A stretch of 62,659 nt of DNA, counting the filler, from Corallochytrium limacisporum Hawaii (lineage: Eukaryota > Protista > Pluriformea), in the NCBI GenBank assembly GCA_002811645.1. It is 4 parts of 4 records of this genome, joined end to end, with 100 filler letters (N's around TTAATTAATTAA, not from the genome) between each part and the next. Parts side by side here need not be neighbours in the genome. Positions count along the whole stretch, not along the records: positions 1 to 31,424 come from PDIP01000116.1; positions 31,525 to 50,729 come from PDIP01000057.1; 2 more parts are not named here. The stretch is one strand, 5' to 3'. A program made the position numbers and the translations under genes. Numbering within the stretch: the first letter of the stretch is position 1; each line of letters begins with the position of its first letter. Below are positions 22,751-33,612 of the stretch, one piece after another. The notes under the pieces were generated by a model that did not search any database, was not told where the DNA came from, and saw nothing but the letters and a program-made list of their open reading frames with translations.

Positions 22751-23934
22751 ACCTGTAGGTAGGGGCACACTGATCAGCACCTATGAAGTCTGATGCCTTC
22801 GTTAGATTTAAAGTTGTGGAAAGGTACAGCGCCAGTGCACTACTTTCCCGTCTGTTTCAAACAAATAAAGAGATATGGGGAACTAACAAATGAGGACACT
22901 ACAAGTTTGGTTCAGAGAAAGTGAAGCGACCTTAAACCAAAGGGTACGTTACTTTATTCTCGTTTTAAAAAATATCACTCGACTCGTACCCTTTCTTCGC
23001 GGTCATTCTGCGGAAACGAAGTCAACATGGACGGCATCCTTAGAAAAAGCCTTAAAGGAGAACGGAGAAGACTCTAATTCAAAATTCGCGCGCGCGAATG
23101 AAGTCCTTTAAATGCGAACGAGAGCACCTGTGTCTGGGAGCCGTCTGGAGCAGCAGGGTCGAGAACACCTCCCTCCCCTTCCGCAACTCCCAGGGTCGTT
23201 TGATATTGACCCCTTTCGATCCAAACACAACATCGGCTACGACTGCGGCTGTGCCACAGGCTGCTGGTGGTGGCGGGCTGCCAGGGCTTGAATAGTCGCG
23301 GAAGGAACGCACACCCGGGGACCAAGCAGGCAGAAAATTGAAATATTGGCAATCTGCTAGAACATCATCAATAAATTAAATATTTTTAGTATTGAAAAGG
23401 GCTAGTGCACAAAACTGATTGTGTGTCAAAGTGTTGAACAGAGTGCCCGAGACCACAACTCTTATGCGGCCTGATTATTTCGAGGATCTTCTCCTCGGGC
23501 ATTTAGTGGAATTTTCTTCAATGATTTCTGCGTATTTCCCGCGCAAAGAAGGGGGGGGATCCCGAGGTAGAACGGGCGAGCTCAGTGCTGACGTGTACCA
23601 GGCAGGGGAGACCCGAGGGAGAGACCAGATGGGTTTTATGGGTGGCTGCGGTGTGGCGGTAGAGACCCAGGCTGGCCAGAAAGATGCACCAAAGACAATC
23701 GGTTTTAGGGGGAAGGTTTTGGGAGTGGGGAATTGGGGTTTGGAGAGAGATGAAAATCCAAAACCCGCTGTGGTGACTGCAAACGAGCTGGAAGATTGAA
23801 TGATTGAATGATTTGTACGTACGAATCAAGGGTGGGGGAGGGGAGATGACTAGGGTTCTCCTGGGCGGCAAGGCAGGCTAGCATTGCAGAAGCAGACACG
23901 ATCGACTTCATACAACAAACAGACAAGATGCGAT

Positions 23935-25332
23935 TTATTTGGTGCAGTCTGGCTGATCAAGGTACAGAGGCATCCAGAAGAATTTTTGGTATGTGCTTCG
24001 CAAAACCTTACGCAGCTCCTCAGAATGTTCCTTGTTCCGTGTCTCCACGATCACCTTTACCTCGACGGAGAAGATATCAGAATCGAGCCAGGCGCGTTCG
24101 TGGAAAATATCTTTGATGGAGGCACCCATCTGGTCAAGGATCGCAGTGAGATTGGAGATGCCACCGGGGCGATCTGGTACGGTGACGACGAAGCGGCACA
24201 AACGGTGATCAGCGGCTAGACCTCGATCCAAGCATCGACCCAGGACAGTTGTGTCCACATTGGCACCGCAGAGGGGTACAACAACTCGCTTTCCTTCCAA
24301 GTCCGGTAACAATCCCTTAGTCACACAGGCAGCCAGGCCCGTGCATCCCGCACCCTCCACAATGAGCTTCTCATTCTCCACCAAGCGCAGCACAGTCTTT
24401 GCGATACAGTGCTCGGTCACAGTGACAATCTTGTCAATGTACTTGCGACCCGTTGCAAACGCATTCGAGCCCACTGTAGGCACTGCCAAACCATCAGCCA
24501 AAGTTGGAGTGACATCCACAGGCACGGGTCGTCCGGCTTCGAGGGCTTTCTTGAAGCTTGCACATCGCTGGGGTTCCACTCCGATAATCTGAATGCTCGG
24601 AATCAAGGTCTTCAAGGCTACTGCACAGCCAGCGATTAATCCACCACCTCCCACTGGGATAATCATGGCATCAATGTCCTCTTCCATCTGGTTAACAATT
24701 TCCAAAGCCATGCTACCGGCGCCGGCAATAATTTCTACGTCATTGTAACCGTTGATATACGTTAGTCCCCGTTCTTCCACCAGACCTTGGGCATACTCCT
24801 TCGATTCTCCTATGTGCTGGCCGTAGCTGATGACCTCGGCCCCATAGGAGATGCATCGACTGCTCTTGGCCAAAGGGGCGTTCTGGGGCATTACCACAGT
24901 CACAGGAATACCTAATTTCTTGCCGTGGTATGACAGGGCGAGGGCGTGGTTTCCGGCACTTGCTGCTACAACACCCTTCTCCCGTGCCTCCTTGGAGAGA
25001 CAAAGCAGAGCATTGCGAGCCCCACGTTCCTTAAAGGAACCAGTCGGCAGAAAGATGTCCTTCTTAAACCATATTTCCATTCCACTTTCCTTGCACAGGG
25101 CATCGGAAGCCAGCTCCAGAGGGGTAGTCTTAATACCGCTCTTGATGAGCTTCGCTGCCCGGCTGACGGAGGCAAAGTCAACTTCGACTCCCGGGTTGTC
25201 CTCTTCGGTTTGAGCATAGTCCTCCATGCCCATGCTGTGAGTGCGGGCGCGCTTCAAAAGGCATTCGCCATCGGCACCGCTCAGCCGGGTCAGCGGAGCT
25301 GGCAGCGCCCGTTTCTTTGGCTCTGATCCCAT
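23935..25332 (-). CDS. PLP-dependent L-threonine/serine ammonia-lyase with C-terminal ACT domain
   Basis: PTGSFKERGA (PLP lysine), ASAGNHA, PVGGGGLIAG, ACT domain VPDRPGGI. Confidence 0.95.
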   Translation of the reverse strand: MGSEPKKRALPAPLTRLSGADGECLLKRARTHSMGMEDYAQTEEDNPGVEVDFASVSRAAKLIKSGIKTTPLELASDALCKESGMEIWFKKDIFLPTGSFKERGARNALLCLSKEAREKGVVAASAGNHALALSYHGKKLGIPVTVVMPQNAPLAKSSRCISYGAEVISYGQHIGESKEYAQGLVEERGLTYINGYNDVEIIAGAGSMALEIVNQMEEDIDAMIIPVGGGGLIAGCAVALKTLIPSIQIIGVEPQRCASFKKALEAGRPVPVDVTPTLADGLAVPTVGSNAFATGRKYIDKIVTVTEHCIAKTVLRLVENEKLIVEGAGCTGLAACVTKGLLPDLEGKRVVVPLCGANVDTTVLGRCLDRGLAADHRLCRFVVTVPDRPGGISNLTAILDQMGASIKDIFHERAWLDSDIFSVEVKVIVETRNKEHSEELRKVLRSTYQKFFWMPLYLDQPDCTK

Positions 25333-26436
25333 AATTTGTATGTCAATGTGTGAATATGTATAGGCCTATGCTGTCTTCTACAGTGCATAAGATCCATGCA
25401 CATGTATCAGCTGGTACTGCCTTATGTACTTAATTGTTTGCCAGCGGACATTGAAATATCTTCCTGCCCGAAGTACAAAGTAGGGACATAGCACCCCCTC
25501 CCCCCAATTGTACCTAGAGCACTCGTCGACGACGAGAGGGATGTCCTGCCCCGATTCATACGCGACCGATGGTGTGGCAGACGCCCTACTGAGAACTGAG
25601 AGGATAAAAACAGGCGGTGATCGTTTAACGATGACTTTGGACGGACGGGTTGGTTGGTGCATTCCCAAGACCTACGACCCCCCGGGCTTTAATTCTGAGC
25701 GGCTTATTGACCCGCTATCTCCGCTAAAATTTCGTACTGCGCCGTCGTCGCCCGTCCCCCGCGAGGCACTTGCACAATCCCGGTGAGACCCGGATAGCAA
25801 CCTGGTGGTGACTGTGAGATGTCACATATGGAGACTCTCACTGTACGAAAAATGCGTGTACAGTAATTTCGGAGACGACGGATTTTCCCACCAGCGCCCA
25901 ACAAAAACTCGGCAGGGGCGTAGAACACCGTCACAACTGCGGTGGACAAAACTTCAATATTTAAAGTATAGAGACGCACTGCCCCATACGCGATAACAGA
26001 GAAATCTGCGTGTCCCCAAGTTCTCGGCCGAGCCTCTGTTATTTTGTCTATAAGAGAATGGTTTCTTTCTCACACGAGCCGGTGGGGTCGCAGTGTAAAT
26101 GTGCATGGTCAAATATGTGCATTGTAAAGCATGGTGCAGTACCGCATTCGGCTTGTTTCATCCTGCAAAATTGAAGCAATGGTGACCGTCATCATGATGC
26201 TCGGCATCTCTTTATAGGCAATCAATCTAAACTTATTTCTAAGATGGGCATCTGTCAAATTAGAGAGTTGTATATTGTTGTTACTTCTTATTCTAGTGGC
26301 AATCAATAAGGCCACTAAGACTATTTTTCCTTGTCGTGCTTGGAGGGGTGCCCTCCTATTTAGAGCGAATGGAGACTGGATAGGTTCAATCCTGCCTTCG
26401 TCCCGTCCTTGGGAGGGCAGGGCTCAGAAATAGCCT

Positions 26437-28113
26437 CTACGTGATAACGGTGGGTTTGTCGCGCCCAGTGTACTGTTCAAGCTTGATTACCTTCAGTGCA
26501 ATGTCAATGATAGGCTTCAGAGCATCCTGCGCATCCTTCAGCAGGTCACCATCAGGGGCTTCGTAGCGTTCAATGTATAGGCGCACAGTTGCGCCTGCAC
26601 TGCCCGTACCGGACAGACGAACCACGAACCGGGATCCATCCTTAAAGTAGAAACGGTAGCCCTGCTTCGTAGACACAGAGCCGTCCACGGGATCAGTGTA
26701 ATCGAAGCTGTCAACCTTGGTGATCATGCGGCCACCTCCAAGATCTTCATTGCACACTCCCGATGCACTATTATCATCGACAATCGTCTGGATGTAGTCC
26801 ATCATCGTCTTTGGACCATCGCCATCAATGTTTTCGTAATCGTATCGACTGAAATAGTTGCGGCCGTAGGTGCGCCAGTGGTTCTCCTGAATCTCCTTGA
26901 CGCTCTTGCCAGTCTGGGCCAGAACCGAGAACCAGGCCAACATGGTCCACAAACCGTCTTTCTCGCGGATGTGATCGGAACCGGTGCCGAATGATTCCTC
27001 TCCACAGATGCTCAGGCGTCCCGCATCCATCAAGTTACCAAAGAATTTCCACCCGGTGGGCACCTCGTGGACTTCAACACCAAGGGCTTTACCTACACGG
27101 TCTAAGGCTTCGGAGGTGGGCATTGAGCGGGCAACACCTTTGAGACCATCCTTGAAGTAAGGAATAGATTCCTTGGCGTGGGCAGCCAAGATGGCCACAG
27201 AGTCAGATGGGGTGACGAAAGACTGACGTCCAAGGATCATGTTGCGGTCACCGTCACCATCAAAGGCACAGCCAAAGTCGTACTCCCCAGAGTCCATAGC
27301 CTTTACAAGATCAGCAGCGTAGGTCAGATTCGGGTCCGGATGGCCGCCACCAAAATCTGCCAGGACAGTGCTGCGCATAACATTGGACTTATCTACGCCC
27401 AGTTCCTTGATCATGATTCGCTCAGCATACGGGCCGGTTACACCGTGCATGCAATCAATGAGCACCTTTTTACCGCCAAGGAATGTCTTGATTTTGTCGA
27501 AATCATATATCTCTTTCATCAGATTGACGTAGTCCTCCGTAGGATCGACGACCTCAACGACAAAGTCTCCGTCACGAAGTGTCGTTACTCCTAAATTGTC
27601 GATATCAATATCAGTCGGACAGCTCAAATCCTTTGGTTCCATCCAGCGATTAATGGTCGTGGTCTTTTCGTATATAGCGTTGGTGACCTTCTCCGGGGCA
27701 GGACCACCGTTACGTCCATTAAACTTGATACCAAAGTCTTCATCGATGCCACCAGGGTTGTGAGAAGCACTCAGAATGATGCCACCCAGACACTGGCGAT
27801 GGCGGATGCTAGCAGACACGGCAGGAGTGCTGTAGATTCCAGACTTGCCAAGCACAATCTTGCCAATGCCGTTGGCGCAAGCGATGCGGATGATCATGTC
27901 CACTGCTTCCTTCAGGAAGTAACGACCATCACCACCCACGACGATTGTCTGACCCTTGATGCCCTCCGGCTCCGTGTCGTTCAGAGCGTCGAAGATGCTT
28001 TGGACAAAGTTTTCTGTATAGTTCTTCTCCATGAAGACACGAGTCTTCTTACGGACACCACTGGTGCCGGGCTTTTGCCCTGCGAATGGGGTAGTCGGGT
28101 GTTCTACGTTCAT
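26437..28113 (-). CDS. PGM1: Phosphoglucomutase
   Basis: QKPGTSG, ASHNPGG (phosphoserine), DGDGDRN, CGEESFG, RLSGTG, C-terminal PTVIT. First in-frame ATG at 28113. Confidence 0.97.
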   Translation of the reverse strand: MNVEHPTTPFAGQKPGTSGVRKKTRVFMEKNYTENFVQSIFDALNDTEPEGIKGQTIVVGGDGRYFLKEAVDMIIRIACANGIGKIVLGKSGIYSTPAVSASIRHRQCLGGIILSASHNPGGIDEDFGIKFNGRNGGPAPEKVTNAIYEKTTTINRWMEPKDLSCPTDIDIDNLGVTTLRDGDFVVEVVDPTEDYVNLMKEIYDFDKIKTFLGGKKVLIDCMHGVTGPYAERIMIKELGVDKSNVMRSTVLADFGGGHPDPNLTYAADLVKAMDSGEYDFGCAFDGDGDRNMILGRQSFVTPSDSVAILAAHAKESIPYFKDGLKGVARSMPTSEALDRVGKALGVEVHEVPTGWKFFGNLMDAGRLSICGEESFGTGSDHIREKDGLWTMLAWFSVLAQTGKSVKEIQENHWRTYGRNYFSRYDYENIDGDGPKTMMDYIQTIVDDNSASGVCNEDLGGGRMITKVDSFDYTDPVDGSVSTKQGYRFYFKDGSRFVVRLSGTGSAGATVRLYIERYEAPDGDLLKDAQDALKPIIDIALKVIKLEQYTGRDKPTVIT

Positions 28114-29498
28114 GTTGCTAATCCTTCGTAGGAATAAGTTAATAGAACCTCCACCATGAGGCTGTTTGGACAAGATCGTTGGTCTTCAAGTACCCGTGTA
28201 GGCACTGATATGTCCGACTACCACCAACCTTACAAAGCCCCCACGGCCCGGAGATACAGTCATTCGGTGGCTGTGCTTGTGTTATGATGCCTGGTGGCGC
28301 CGGAACATAGCGAGTCCATTAGAGGCTTCCCGGTTGATGTCTACCACTAGTTGAAGTGTGTGGGTGCACTGAGAAACAAACGTAAGATTCGTGTCCCGTG
28401 GTATGGCCTAATCCCCGCTATGTTCCGCGCTCTACATCTGTGTAGAAGATGTGAGCAGAATAGCTACCACATTGTTTTCGCTTTAGCATTATGTGCAATC
28501 GCAATTTCACCGTCCACCCCTTTTTAGGCCAGCAGTATGATTTAAAATAAACAACTACAGAGCTAAATATTTTGCTATACAGAAAATATTGCAGGACACT
28601 TTACAGAAGGACGGATATTAAAAACATCACTACCCTCTTCCACCCTCTAGAAACTCTCCACCCATTGCACATTCATACTTTTTCCAAATAGGAAACCTCG
28701 GTGGGTAGGTGACGACAGTGCCGCTCACACGCGAAGGTGTACTGGCCCTGGCAGGCGTCATTTGATTGGTGGGTAGGTGTATACGCTCATGCGAAATGGA
28801 AGAAAATGGTGGAAGCCGACAACGATAAATAGTAGGGCCACAAATTAAAATGGCGACGGCGGATTGTTACTGAGCATACTACAGTATGGCTATTGTAATG
28901 GAGAATCAATGTGACTCCGGTCCGCTTTGGTATTGAGAGATGGATACCATAATCGGGGTCGATTGCCTGGGCGCGGGCAGGCAGTTACAACTCCTTCCAT
29001 GTCATAGCCGATCGTGCTGCTCAATTGACACACACTTCTCATTCTGTGACACCACCACGGTGACAGCGATGTAACTATCCCCGTCGTATAGCCCATGTCG
29101 AGGGCGCCGTAAGTGCGATCAGTATTTTAGGGCGGACATACTGCCTGGGGTGCTAGCCGTTTCCTTCCTTTTTGGGAAGATGGAGATGGCAGTATTTCCC
29201 TAGTTTCACTGGGCGCCGATTCTGATCCATCGCGCTGGTGGGGGAGCGGCGCAGGGTTAAAGGGGACCAGGAGGGTCTGCGCGGAACAGTGTAAAGCAGA
29301 AGATCTGGAAAATATGAGGCAAGACATTTGCCCACAATGGACAACCACTCTTGGCAACTGTGAATGCAGTGGAGATTTAGGAGCTCCGGACACTAGTGTG
29401 GCCGATCGTTGCGAGTGATTGAGGAATAGGAATAGGTCTGGCATACAGTGTATACTTTGGGACATTTTGGATGTGATGAAACATAAGTAACGTTCTCT

Positions 29499-30368
29499 TT
29501 ACTTGAATTCTTTGGCAGCATCACTGACAGTGAGCCGATAAATGCGCTGTGCATTAGTACAGAAAATTCTTTGCACAGCATCGTCTCCCTTCGTCTGAAA
29601 GTACCGGAACACAACATTGAATTGCTGCGCATAAGTAAGACCAGTCACTTCTACAACTGGCCAATTACTGCCATAAAGCAGACGATCCTGGCCAAAAGCA
29701 CCCCAAAGACAATCCAATAGAGGTAAGTATGGCTTAGTATCGGTAGACGGCTGGTCGTGCTGTTCAGTGACCGCGGAAACTTTCATGGCAATATTAGAGC
29801 GCTGTCCAAGATCCGCATACAAAGTTTTCCATTCTTTCGGTATTTCTTTGCCATCAATCGGCATGTGGGCAATGTGATTCACTACTATCTGTAAACTCGG
29901 TACCTGGTCCGCCATTTCCAAAACTCTTGGTATGTGTTTCTTGAACACCAGGACATCAAGAGTTAACCCACTGTCCGCCAGAAACTGCAAATTTCGTTTC
30001 ATTTCCTCATTAAGTTCATTTTCCAAGACATGAGGCTGGAAGCGTACACCACGAAGACAAGGATTCTTTGCCAATGCGGCAAGTTCATCCCGGAAGTTTG
30101 GTCCCTGATCCACCTGGGCCACGTAGCCGATGATGGCACTGTCTTTCGCAGCAAGGTTCAACACCCACGTATTTTCATCTGGTCTTGCGATTGCTTCGAC
30201 AACTACTGCTGCGGTCACATTTGTGCCCTTTGCAGCACTACGAAAACTATCAGGCAACACAGTTTTGTGCAAGAAACCATAGGTGGGATCATTGGCCAAA
30301 GGAAATGAGATACCCTGCTCAGGGAAAGCTTCAGGATCCCAGAAATGTGCGTGTGTATCAATATACAT
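29499..30368 (-). CDS. Amidohydrolase-2 family, L-fuconolactonase / sugar lactonase-like
   Basis: IDTHAHFWD, LRGVR, VVNHIA, MKVSA, FGQDRLLYGSNWPV. ATG at 30368. Confidence 0.88.
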   Translation of the reverse strand: MYIDTHAHFWDPEAFPEQGISFPLANDPTYGFLHKTVLPDSFRSAAKGTNVTAAVVVEAIARPDENTWVLNLAAKDSAIIGYVAQVDQGPNFRDELAALAKNPCLRGVRFQPHVLENELNEEMKRNLQFLADSGLTLDVLVFKKHIPRVLEMADQVPSLQIVVNHIAHMPIDGKEIPKEWKTLYADLGQRSNIAMKVSAVTEQHDQPSTDTKPYLPLLDCLWGAFGQDRLLYGSNWPVVEVTGLTYAQQFNVVFRYFQTKGDDAVQRIFCTNAQRIYRLTVSDAAKEFK

Positions 30369-31411
30369 AGTGTTAGCAGTCAAAGATTCTTTACCATATA
30401 CATAGTGTTGAAATAAGTACTTAGATTCAGGAGCCAGCGAGAGTATTTGCAAATACCTTTGCGTCAATGGCAAGTAGTGCCAACTAAATGCGCACGATTT
30501 CCGAAGCCCCTACCAACTATTGCAGATACTCACCGTTAGATGAATTTCAGATTGTGTACCAACCGTATCAAAGCCTGTTGAAGTTATGGTATAATCGGAG
30601 GACAAGGAAATACTGTTGCAAACGTTATTCAGCTCTAAACCTTTTACTGTACCAACCGGTTACGGAAATGGATTGAGCCCAAAAATTTCTCTTCGCACCA
30701 GTTGCAGATGAAGAAAAAGAAAACCACGGCTCTAGTACATTCAATACCGAAAGCCCCTCAAGAGGCGTGGTAGTATTGCGCAACCACAGATTGAATTGGG
30801 TGTGGCGAGGTTACTGTTTTAATACCTGATTCAACCGAGGATTGGGAGGATTGGCGCAGTTGTCGACACTGTATCAGCAATTTTTCGTGGCCGTCGACGG
30901 GTTCCATTGTGTGTAAGCATAGTTTAGGTGATCATAGTTTAGGAGAGAGACAAACCTAGAGATTTCAGGATTAGAATGACTGGAGGGTTTCAGTTGTTCG
31001 ACGCTTCAGGGCTCCTGGACAACTCTCAATATGGGACGGGAACCCGCTCCCGGCACTTCCTTGATGCTTTTCCGGCCCAAGCGCAGTGAGTTTTATACCC
31101 ACCGCCGGCCCGGTTCAGAAAGGGAGAGCTAGGGAAGGAAGGGCAAGGGAAGAGGGGCACGGAAGCAATAGAGTGGTATAGTACTTGGTACGGTACTGGT
31201 ATAGGACACCCATTGCTTCAATGCTCAATGCTGCCGTCGGCAAATATCGGTGCGCTCCTCTTACCGATTTCTTACAGCGGAGAGATTTGGCTTGCCCACG
31301 AATGTGACGCACTCGGCAAGAGTGATCTTGGCATTCAACTTGCACCATTCGGACCAACCGCACATTATTACCACCATAATTACCAGTGAGCCGCATAACT
31401 CCATCCTTGTG

Positions 31412-31424
31412 AGGTTAGGGTTAG
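31412..31424 (+). repeat. Telomere-type TTAGGG repeat at contig end
   Basis: aggttagggttag runs directly into the spacer, with the G-rich strand pointing toward the end. Only about 2 units are visible. Confidence 0.65.
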
Positions 31425-31524
31425 NNNNNNNNNNNNNNNNNNNNNNNNNNNNNNNNNNNNNNNNNNNNTTAATTAATTAANNNNNNNNNNNNNNNNNNNN
31501 NNNNNNNNNNNNNNNNNNNNNNNN
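31425..31524. other. Artificial contig spacer 44N-TTAATTAATTAA-44N
   Basis: The identical 100-bp construct occurs three times. Its 12-mer has stops in all six frames. Confidence 0.98.
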
Positions 31525-31785
31525 GGGGGGGGCAGGGTAGTGAAAGCGGGCAATCGAAACTGTACACCGGGCCATCCACCGGTTCTCCCAGTACTACGAA
31601 ACTGCCAACAAAACGCCCGCAGGGGGGACTTCCGTACCGAATGTACTGTGAAGTTATTTTTATATACTGACTTTCAATTTGCGATATTTCTGCCGTGACC
31701 GGTTTTGGTGAGTCTTGGGTAGCTAGAAACTTCCCGCCAATGGACATGGGAGTATAGATGCATGTTCTTTTGAGATACAACGAGT

Positions 31786-32961
31786 TCAGATAGCAGAGTA
31801 CTTGGGTAAGCTGTCAATCAAAAGTTCCGTGAAATGGGGTGCGACAACCTCTGGTGTGTCCAGATGCAGATGATGGGTTCCGGCCATGTTTCGCACTTCA
31901 AATTTAGCCTCCCGATTGTAGAGGATGCGGCAGACTTCCTGGAAGTAGTCCTCGGGATACTTCATCCCTTCTGAGCCGGCAATAAGGGCTATCGGACACC
32001 TGACGCTGTGAAGGAAGCTCCGCACATGAGGCACGGTGAAAGGCATGCCAGTAAAGTTTCGCAAACGCCGATCGTGGCTGAAAATGTAGGTGTTGTCATC
32101 CTGCTTCACTACGCCCCGCTCTACGATACACCTTACACTTTCAGTCTCCAGATAGGGGTTGACCTCACGGAGCCTGTCCATTGCCTCCTGAACGGTCTCG
32201 TACCCACGCGGCTTAGTCCTGCAAAGTGGACCATCTGAGGAAATTACATCCCTGAGATGGCGAGCGGTATCCTCGACCTTTCGTCCAGGCCACGGAACCA
32301 ATCCGTCCACAAGGATAAGGCGACTGACCAGCTCAGGGAAGGTGCCCGCTACCAAAGTGCTGATGGCAGCCCCCATGCTGTGGCCACAAAGAACAATGTT
32401 GCGCGACGGTTCGCTTTCATCCTGGTCGCGTTGAATCCAACCCAAGGTCTCTAGCGTGTAGTAAACGTCTCCGACCCAGTCTGTGAAATGATAGCCATAA
32501 CCATCAGGCCGGTGATCGCTGAGCCCATGTCCGGGCAGATCTATTGCAACGAAACTGGCGCTCACGTCTTTGCCGAGCCCTTCAATAACGCGGGGAATCA
32601 ACCGATCCCAAGAGCCAGAGTTGTCCAGCCAACCATGAACGAATAGGACATGGACGTCCAAACGGGGATCTGTATGCTTTTTTCCCCATTCTTTAACGGC
32701 AATCTTGCCGCGGTGGGTACGCAGTTCCAGACTGCGAGGAGCTTTGTCCATTCCGACTGTGCCTGTTGCAATGTGCGAATAGAGCCGAGTAGCACGCCTA
32801 ATCATGGGGCGGTCTTCAGAACTGTCCATGTGCGACGAACAAACCTTGAACTTAAAGTGGTCGCACCGACAATTGGTTTTTAGTTTGCCGGAAAGAAATC
32901 CCAGGGAGGCCGTAAAAAGATTTTGAATACCAGCTCCCACCTCCTTCCTGCCGCCATCCAT
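31786..32961 (-). CDS. SERHL: Serine hydrolase-like alpha/beta hydrolase (true start may be 32829 or 32805)
   Basis: HGWLDNSGSWD, IDLPGHGLSDH, GHSMG nucleophile elbow, GTHHLHLDTPE. Confidence 0.88.
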   Translation of the reverse strand: MDGGRKEVGAGIQNLFTASLGFLSGKLKTNCRCDHFKFKVCSSHMDSSEDRPMIRRATRLYSHIATGTVGMDKAPRSLELRTHRGKIAVKEWGKKHTDPRLDVHVLFVHGWLDNSGSWDRLIPRVIEGLGKDVSASFVAIDLPGHGLSDHRPDGYGYHFTDWVGDVYYTLETLGWIQRDQDESEPSRNIVLCGHSMGAAISTLVAGTFPELVSRLILVDGLVPWPGRKVEDTARHLRDVISSDGPLCRTKPRGYETVQEAMDRLREVNPYLETESVRCIVERGVVKQDDNTYIFSHDRRLRNFTGMPFTVPHVRSFLHSVRCPIALIAGSEGMKYPEDYFQEVCRILYNREAKFEVRNMAGTHHLHLDTPEVVAPHFTELLIDSLPKYSAI

Positions 32962-33612
32962 GTTCCGTGCGACGGCCTCTACCGGCAGCGTGTTCCCTGC
33001 CGGGCTGCTCTGGTTACGGTATCAGCTGACCTCACCCCTAAAAATGGGAGTCGTGCGTGCGTGTCGGCGCGGGACGGGCCGGTTCGGTGTGTACTTATTT
33101 TGAGGAATGTCCCTTTCCACCATCGCTCGAACCCACCCCGAAAATAAGAACACCCGGGTAGGGGCAAGGAGGGCCCGGAGAATACTCATCGCTTCACAGG
33201 TCCCGTCGGGGCGAAAGAGGGGGGGGACTGTGAACCGTGGATATTTTGACATACTGGTATATTTTAAATTGGGTTCCGGTCAGTGATGCAGTTCATTCGG
33301 TACCGGAGACCCCTTCAGTGGGCCAGGCGGAGGGCTCAGTCACATGGAGAAATGAGCTCCCTCCCGGGGAGACAAGGTGGCTGGAGTCCATATTGATATG
33401 CGAGGCTACGTCCACGCAAGTGGAGGTATTCAAAAGGTTGGAGAGCATATTCGCATCTGAACATAGGAATTTCGTTCCGTACAAAACTGCTGCATTCGGA
33501 CGATGCCTATGGAAGCGATTTATAACAGCGCCATGTAGGAAAATAGATAAGACGGATTGTATAGAACGCATCAGTGCACGTCAGGCTCAACAAAGAATAC
33601 AAGACATTCAAG

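Noticed and set aside
26370-26428. TPP-riboswitch-like words (CTGAG...GAACCT) in the PGM 3' UTR
   Set aside because: The conserved P4/P5 and P1 elements are missing, and the gene is unrelated to thiamine.
31469-31480. TTAATTAATTAA palindrome repeated at 31469, 50774 and 59723
   Set aside because: Always centred in exactly 44+44 N. It is an artificial concatenation linker.
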